This document shows, one piece after another, positions 58,513-64,000 of a stretch of 64,000 bases of DNA. Origin of the DNA: an uncultured Poribacteria bacterium. GTDB lineage: Bacteria; Poribacteria; WGA-4E; WGA-3G. The stretch spans positions 1,248,001-1,312,000 of the forward strand of contig CATQHZ020000001.1 of assembly GCA_958296135.2 (NCBI GenBank), written 5' to 3'. The number at the start of each line of letters is the position of its first letter. The first letter of the stretch is position 1. The translations under genes and the position numbers were made by a program. Below the pieces are notes generated by a model. It searched no databases, was not told where the DNA came from, and saw only the letters and a list, made by a program, of their open reading frames with translations.

Positions 58513-58871
58513 GAGGACACCGCTATAAACCGTGGGGCGCGGGCCCGGCGCGCGCGAATCGGCGAGGGTTTCCCTCGCCAAGTTTCAATTTTGGGCGAAA
58601 ATTGACGCTTTCGGGATGCATTGAAAAAAAATTTGAAATCGCGATGAAAATGTGGTATAATTAATGAAAGTAACATGTTTTTAAGGTTATGCATAATGAA
58701 AAAGGTGAAAAGTTAACAAACGATTTCAGTTGATATGTTTCACCCACTCTGGCGGGCGGTTCCTGTTTTCAACCGCTTGTTCGGAGTAGCATACAAAGGC
58801 CCTATCGGCGTGCCAGCGTTATCTTGTGATGACGGCCGCGCGCGTCGAAAATTCTTATGAAGGGAGCCAAG

Positions 58872-60653
58872 ATGGCAAATTACGACTTTGTAATCGCTGT
58901 AGGTGGCGCGCCCGGCCAGGGGATAGATACGGTTGGTAAAAGCATGAGCCAAATCTGTGCTCGGCACGGCCTGCACGTCTACACCTATAGTGCTTATCAA
59001 TCTATCATCCGCGGCGGACACACCTTCCTCACCGTCAGAATCAGTTCCGAACCGGTGGCTAACCACGGCGACAAGATCGATTTGATTATCGCACTGGACC
59101 GGAACAGTCTGGAGAAACATCTCCCCCACGTCGCACCCGGCGGCGCGATTATCTATAACAGCGACGATGTCAAGCAGGCACCGGAACGCGACGACATTCA
59201 GCTGTGCCCCATCTCCTACAAAGAGCTGTCGGATAACACCGACCGGAAGAAGTTGATGCTGAATATCTGCATGTTCGGTGTGGCTTTGAAAATGGTAGGT
59301 GGTGATTTGAAGGTGCTTGAGGACATCATTGTTCTCACGTTCCTGAAGCGCAAGGGACAAGCGATGACGGACGCGAACCTGTCTGTGGCGCGGGCTGGTT
59401 ACAATTATGCTGCGGCGCATTTTACGTCGTTTGCGGCACAATTTACGAAGCATGAGCCGCTCGCCTTCGTTGATGGCAATTCGGCGATGGCGATGGGCGG
59501 GGCAGCCGCGGGTGTCAAATTTTACTGTGCCTACCCGATGAGCCCCTCCACCGGTGTCCTGAAATGGATGGCGGACAATGCCCGCGACTTGAACATCATG
59601 GTGCGGCAGTGCGAGGACGAGATCAGCGTTATCAACATGGTTATCGGTGCTGCGCACGCCGGGTGCCGCGCGATGTGTGCAACCTCCGGCGGTGGATTCG
59701 CCCTGATGACGGAGGCAATCGGCAGCGCGGGGATGATGGAGATTCCCCTCGTCGTCATTAATGTCCAGCGCGGCGGCCCCTCCACCGGTTTGCCGACGAA
59801 AACTGAACAGGGCGATCTGTGGCAGATTCTCGGTGCCAGCCAAGGCGATTTCCCGAAAATCATCGTTGCACCGACGAGTATCATGGATGGGTTTGACACG
59901 ATTCCCGAACTCTTCAATCTTGTCGATAAGTTTCAATGCCCCGGTATGGTGCTTTCCGACTTGACTCTCTCGATGGGCTTCTCGACGTTCAGTCCGGATT
60001 CTATCAATTGGCAGCCGGAAATCGACCGGGGTGAATTGATAACCGGTGCTGCCCAAACCAACGGTGATTATCGGCGGTATCTGATTACCGACAGCGGGAT
60101 TTCGCCGCGCGCCCTCCCCGGCACCCCAGACCACGTCCATGTCGTTGCTACCGATGACCACGATGAAGATGGTGGGCTGATCAGTGACGAATTTACCGAT
60201 CCGCACAAGCGTCGCGACATCATGGAGAAACGGCAGCGGAAGATGGATGGCATCGCGGCGCTCCTACCGCCGCCGACGTTGGAAGGGCCCGAAGATGCGG
60301 AGATTACACTTGTCGGATGGGGCTCCACGCATAGCGTCATCAGCGAAGCAGCGCAGGCACTCACTGAATCGGGGCTTCCGACGAATCACATCCATTTCAA
60401 GTGGCTCTACCCGATGAATGAAGACATGGTGGACGCGTTGCTTGACAAGGCTGCGCATGCTATTGTCGTTGAGTGCAATTACACGGGACAATTCGCGCGG
60501 TTTCTGCGCGGTGAAACCGGCTTTCAGGCGGATGGCCACATCCGGAAGTATGATGGTGAGCCGTTCATGCCGCATCACATCGTTGATGGTGCGCGTGAGC
60601 TCTTCGGTGGCAAGCCGGGTGTCTATGTTCCGTATCAGGAGATTGTCGTTTAA
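58872..60653 (+). CDS. 2-oxoacid:acceptor oxidoreductase subunit alpha (gamma-alpha fusion)
   Basis: GGAPGQG, IRGGH, YPMSPST, EDEI, TSGGG, QRGGPSTGLPTKTEQGD. Confidence 0.94.
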   Translation: MANYDFVIAVGGAPGQGIDTVGKSMSQICARHGLHVYTYSAYQSIIRGGHTFLTVRISSEPVANHGDKIDLIIALDRNSLEKHLPHVAPGGAIIYNSDDVKQAPERDDIQLCPISYKELSDNTDRKKLMLNICMFGVALKMVGGDLKVLEDIIVLTFLKRKGQAMTDANLSVARAGYNYAAAHFTSFAAQFTKHEPLAFVDGNSAMAMGGAAAGVKFYCAYPMSPSTGVLKWMADNARDLNIMVRQCEDEISVINMVIGAAHAGCRAMCATSGGGFALMTEAIGSAGMMEIPLVVINVQRGGPSTGLPTKTEQGDLWQILGASQGDFPKIIVAPTSIMDGFDTIPELFNLVDKFQCPGMVLSDLTLSMGFSTFSPDSINWQPEIDRGELITGAAQTNGDYRRYLITDSGISPRALPGTPDHVHVVATDDHDEDGGLISDEFTDPHKRRDIMEKRQRKMDGIAALLPPPTLEGPEDAEITLVGWGSTHSVISEAAQALTESGLPTNHIHFKWLYPMNEDMVDALLDKAAHAIVVECNYTGQFARFLRGETGFQADGHIRKYDGEPFMPHHIVDGARELFGGKPGVYVPYQEIVV

Positions 60654-60662
60654 TAAAGGAGG

Positions 60663-61586
60663 ATGAATCAGATGGCGAAACGTGAAAGAAGAACGCGGGT
60701 GAAAGAGAGACCTGTTGTCGGTGCGCCTACGGCGAAAGACTTCGCAAGTGATACGCGTCCGGACTGGTGTCCTCAGTGCGGCGATTTCGGTGTGCTGCGC
60801 GCGCTCCAAACGGCTTATGCGAAGAGCGGGCGCGGCAACCATGAGCATCTCACCGTGAGCGGTATTGGATGCTCATCAAACCTCCCGGGCTATGTCCGGA
60901 CGTATGGGATGCATACGTTGCACGGCCGTTCCCTTGCCGTGGCGACTGGCGCGAAACTAGCGAATCACGAGATGAACGTCGTCGTCACCGGCGGAGATGG
61001 AGACGGGTACGGTATCGGCGGCAACCATTTCGTTCACACGATGCGGAAGAACGTCGATCTGCTCTATGTCGTGATGAACAATCAGATTTATGGGTTGACT
61101 GTCGGGCAGGCTTCGCCGACGAGTCTTGTCGGTATGAAGACTTACAGTACGCCGTTCGGCAACGTTGAGGAGCCGATTAACCCGATTGCGATGGCCATCG
61201 TGGCCGGTGCGACGTATGTTGCGAGAGGGTTCAGCGGTAACCCAAGGCAACTGACAGACCTGATGTATAACGGCATGCAGCACAAGGGATTTGCCCTCAT
61301 TGACGTGTTTAGTCCCTGCGTCACGTTCAATAAGGACAATACCTTTGCCTTCTTTAAACCGCGCGTTCAGGAGCTTCCGGCATCCCACGATGTGTCTGAT
61401 AAGGCGGCTGCGCTGGAGGAGGCTGTCAAGTGGGGGGATGAGATTCCGATTGGCTTGTTCTATCAGGATACGGAACGGCCCTCGCTGGAGCAGATGGAGC
61501 CCGTTTTGGAAAATGGCCCGATGGCTCACCAGCCTCTCGGCATTACTAAGGAGCAAGGCGAGGCGGTTATCCGCCGTCTGATGTAG
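60663..61586 (+). CDS. 2-oxoacid:ferredoxin oxidoreductase subunit beta
   Basis: WCPQCGD, SGIGCSS, LHGR, GGDGD...NN TPP motif, SPCVTFN. Confidence 0.95.
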   Translation: MNQMAKRERRTRVKERPVVGAPTAKDFASDTRPDWCPQCGDFGVLRALQTAYAKSGRGNHEHLTVSGIGCSSNLPGYVRTYGMHTLHGRSLAVATGAKLANHEMNVVVTGGDGDGYGIGGNHFVHTMRKNVDLLYVVMNNQIYGLTVGQASPTSLVGMKTYSTPFGNVEEPINPIAMAIVAGATYVARGFSGNPRQLTDLMYNGMQHKGFALIDVFSPCVTFNKDNTFAFFKPRVQELPASHDVSDKAAALEEAVKWGDEIPIGLFYQDTERPSLEQMEPVLENGPMAHQPLGITKEQGEAVIRRLM

Positions 61587-61648
61587 CGGCATGCCTTGCG
61601 AGCGCGGGCGGATGTCGTTTTTATTCGTTCGCGCATTTGAACTATCGG

Positions 61649-61682
61649 ACAGGCGGATGGCTATTCCTATCCGCCTGTTTCT
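61649..61682 (+). terminator. Possible intrinsic terminator downstream of the oxidoreductase beta gene
   Basis: ACAGGCGGAT-10 nt-ATCCGCCTGT followed by a short T-rich run. Confidence 0.45.
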
Positions 61683-61710
61683 GTGTACTTACCCATTTCG
61701 GGGTTTCCCT

Positions 61711-62418
61711 ATGCGTCTGCGTGCAACCGGCATCACAAAGCACTTCGGACATCGCCCGATTGTTAAAGACGTTGACATTGCGGTTGACGCTGGAGAAGTC
61801 GTCACAATTTTCGGTCCGAACGGTGCGGGCAAGACGACGCTGCTGAAAATTCTCGCGACGCTCCTCCGGCCAACGTCCGGGCAGCTTGAGATTGAGGGCA
61901 CGGCCGCGCTTACGGATTCCCTCAACGTCCGCAGCGCGCTGGGTGTCGTCATCCATGAATCCTTGGCTTATCCCGATTTCAGTCCTTATGAAAATCTTAA
62001 ATTCTTCGGGCGGATGTATGGCATTGCGCAATTAGAAGAACGCTGCACGACGCTCCTCGCTGAAGTTGGGTTGAACCGTTTTATCCATGAACCTCTTCGG
62101 CACTTCTCACGTGGCATGACGCAGCGGTTTATGATAGCGAGGGCCCTGCTTCATCACCCTTCGGTATTGCTCTTCGATGAGCCCTTCTCTGGGCTTGATG
62201 CTGCTGCCAAGCAGTTTGTCCTCCAGCGCATTGCGCGGGAACGGGCGGAAGGCAAGGGCATTATCATCACCACACACAACACAGAATTAGGCTATCTTGC
62301 TGGCACAAGGTTTCTTTTCATGATAAACGGCGAGTTGGAGGCAGTCGCGAGGAAAGATGACATTGCGATGGGCGCGTTGGTGCTGTTATATGAGGAGCGG
62401 GTGGTAAATCTGGTTTGA
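61711..62418 (+). CDS. ccmA: Heme exporter ATP-binding protein CcmA
   Basis: GPNGAGKTT, FSRGMTQR, DEPFSGLD; upstream of ccmB. Confidence 0.85.
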   Translation: MRLRATGITKHFGHRPIVKDVDIAVDAGEVVTIFGPNGAGKTTLLKILATLLRPTSGQLEIEGTAALTDSLNVRSALGVVIHESLAYPDFSPYENLKFFGRMYGIAQLEERCTTLLAEVGLNRFIHEPLRHFSRGMTQRFMIARALLHHPSVLLFDEPFSGLDAAAKQFVLQRIARERAEGKGIIITTHNTELGYLAGTRFLFMINGELEAVARKDDIAMGALVLLYEERVVNLV

Positions 62419-62434
62419 AAATTTCGGATGCGTT

Positions 62435-62464
62435 TTGCATGCATTCTGCGGGATATGCTATAAT
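62435..62464 (+). promoter_or_regulatory. Sigma70-type promoter for the inserted 2-TM gene
   Basis: TTGCAT-18 nt-TATAAT with a TG extension. Confidence 0.65.
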
Positions 62465-62494
62465 GCATAGTAGCGGCGCGCAAGGAGAATTCTA

Positions 62495-62935
62495 GTGAAA
62501 GAGCAGCGGATATCGCTCTTAAGTCTCAGACAAGTCTGGGAGAAGCCGGGCATTTTTATCTTTTTGGCTCAAGTCATCGTGTTTTATATTATCGTCGGGC
62601 ATCACGAAATCGGAAAGGGGATTGGGTTCGCCGAGACGCTCATCGCTATCTTTGGGCATGTCACACTCTTCATTCCCGTTGCGATTTTCCACACGATGCT
62701 CATCACTGAATTAGGAGGTTGGCTGATGATTAAGTATAGAATGTTCATGGATGAGCGCGCGCAGCGCATTGCTAAGGCGGAAGCTAAGGGGAAAGCGGAG
62801 GGCATCGCCGAGGGCATCGCCGAGCGCGACCGGGAGTGGGCGGCGTGGAATGAGCGGCGGCTGGCTGCGGCGGCGCAAGGACAACCGTTTGATGAGCCAC
62901 CGCCGTTGAATACGCCACCTGCACCCCCGCAATAA
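62495..62935 (+). CDS. Hypothetical 2-TM membrane protein (146 aa) with GIAE repeats and a W-xx-W...F-x-EP tail; internal SD+ATG at 62726
   Basis: AAGGAG before GTG; tail REWAAWNERRLAAAAQGQPFDEPPP resembles that of the 4700-5182 protein. Confidence 0.85.
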   Translation: MKEQRISLLSLRQVWEKPGIFIFLAQVIVFYIIVGHHEIGKGIGFAETLIAIFGHVTLFIPVAIFHTMLITELGGWLMIKYRMFMDERAQRIAKAEAKGKAEGIAEGIAERDREWAAWNERRLAAAAQGQPFDEPPPLNTPPAPPQ

Positions 62936-63014
62936 CGCGTGGGAAACGCTCCTTTGTTTCCGTAGGGCGAGGGCCTGTCCCTCGCCTTACAAGCAGTCAA
63001 AGTGAGGTTGGCTG

Positions 63015-63212
63015 ATGATTAAGTATAGAATGTTCATGGATGAGCGCGCGCAGCGCATTGCTAAGGCGGAAGCTAAGGGGAAAGCGGAGGGCATCGCCGA
63101 GCGCGACCGGGAGTGGGCGGCGTGGAATGAGCGGCGGCTGGCTGCGGCGGCGCAAGGACAACCCTTTGATGAGCCACCGCCGTCAAACACTCCATCTGCG
63201 CTATCGCAATAG
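63015..63212 (+). CDS. Stand-alone 65-aa copy of the C-terminal module
   Basis: GAGG-TTGGCTG-ATG; near-identical to 62726-62935, lacking one 12-bp unit and with a diverged 3' end. Confidence 0.75.
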   Translation: MIKYRMFMDERAQRIAKAEAKGKAEGIAERDREWAAWNERRLAAAAQGQPFDEPPPSNTPSALSQ

Positions 63213-63295
63213 CAGGCACCGGCTTTAGGCGTGGTTGCAAACCGCGCCTACGGCATTCGCTTTACGTTTAACCTACTCACGCAGAAAAGGGAACG

Positions 63296-63994
63296 TTGAT
63301 GAAGGAAACCCTCCGTCACATCGGCACGCTCATTCGGAAAGACCTCGGGCTCCACTTCCGTTCAAAAGAGACGCTGGCTTTAATCTTTGTCTTTAGCCTG
63401 CTGGTTGTCCTCATCTTCGCGTTCGCCTTCGGGCCGGTTTTCCCTGAGAAAGCGGAGCGCGGCAAACTCACCGCCAGCGTCCTCTGGGCCGCTTTCATCT
63501 TCGCAGGAATTATCACCTTAAACCGTTCATTGACGCTTGAAAGGACGAGTGGTGCCTTGCACGGTATCCGACTGACAGGCGTTGATGCCAGCAACTTCTA
63601 CCTCGCTAAGGTTATCAGCAATCTCATTTTTCTGTCGTTGTTAGAAGTTGTCATCACGCCGATTGCGCTGCAATTCTTGGATCTCCTTAATTTGGTGACG
63701 GTAGGCGTGCTGCTGAAATTGATGGGCGTATTGAGCATCGGCACGCTCGGATTTTGTGCTGTCGGCGTGCTACTGGCAGGCATGTCAACGAGTGCCAGCG
63801 GCGGCGAAAGCCTCCTCTCTGTCATCTTGTTGCCGCTCGTCCTCCCGATTATCATGGGCGGTGCGAAATGCACCGTATCCCTGCTCGTCAATGGGACGGT
63901 GGCAAGCGGGATGTGGCTGAATTTGTTAGTTGGGTATAGTCTGATTTTTTTAGCCGCCGCCTATCTCCTCGCCGATGCTGTAATTGAGGAATAG
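63296..63994 (+). CDS. ccmB: Heme exporter permease CcmB
   Basis: KDL...RSKE, VLW, ERTSGAL.G, LLSVILLPLVLP. Confidence 0.92.
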   Translation: MMKETLRHIGTLIRKDLGLHFRSKETLALIFVFSLLVVLIFAFAFGPVFPEKAERGKLTASVLWAAFIFAGIITLNRSLTLERTSGALHGIRLTGVDASNFYLAKVISNLIFLSLLEVVITPIALQFLDLLNLVTVGVLLKLMGVLSIGTLGFCAVGVLLAGMSTSASGGESLLSVILLPLVLPIIMGGAKCTVSLLVNGTVASGMWLNLLVGYSLIFLAAAYLLADAVIEE

Positions 63995-64000
63995 CAAAGG

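Noticed and set aside
58700-58722. Rex-like operator upstream of the oxidoreductase
   Set aside because: GTGAA-AAG-TTAACAA has the wrong spacing and is a weak match in an AT-rich region.
58740-60206. 488-aa antisense ORF
   Set aside because: It is a shadow of the oxidoreductase alpha gene with no recognisable motifs.
62713-63212. DGR template/variable repeat pair
   Set aside because: Mismatches involve all bases, several are synonymous, and there is a 12-bp indel. This does not fit A-to-N mutagenesis.

Overview
About 64 kb of a moderately GC-rich bacterial chromosome. The dockerin-like secreted protein, DUF1549/1553 gene, sulfatase, several Gfo/Idh/MocA enzymes, Uma2 expansion and dense GTAG-type REP repeats suggest a Candidatus Poribacteria-like sponge symbiont (inference only). 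The backbone is housekeeping: ggt, accA, dprA, cysS-ispF-ispD-radA, mlaDFE, dnaB-rplI-rpsR-ssb-rpsF, leuB, ychF, plsC, ccmEFH/ccmA/ccmB and a 2-oxoacid:ferredoxin oxidoreductase. I saw no rRNA, tRNA, CRISPR array, transposase or reverse transcriptase. The main observations are: (1) two separate loci (4.3-5.2 kb and 62.5-63.2 kb) encode related 2-TM membrane proteins with an internal SD+ATG before a repeat-bearing C-terminal module, and each is followed by a stand-alone copy of that module, which resembles the intragenic antitoxin layout of Rpn proteins but on a membrane protein; (2) four tandem Uma2 nuclease genes have near-identical mosaic flanks around one hypervariable segment; (3) a DNA methyltransferase-Mrr-like gene is frameshifted at a G8 tract right after its true start, a candidate phase-variable switch; (4) a MITE-like family has 9-bp target-site duplications, with one copy inserted between two back-to-back -35 boxes.
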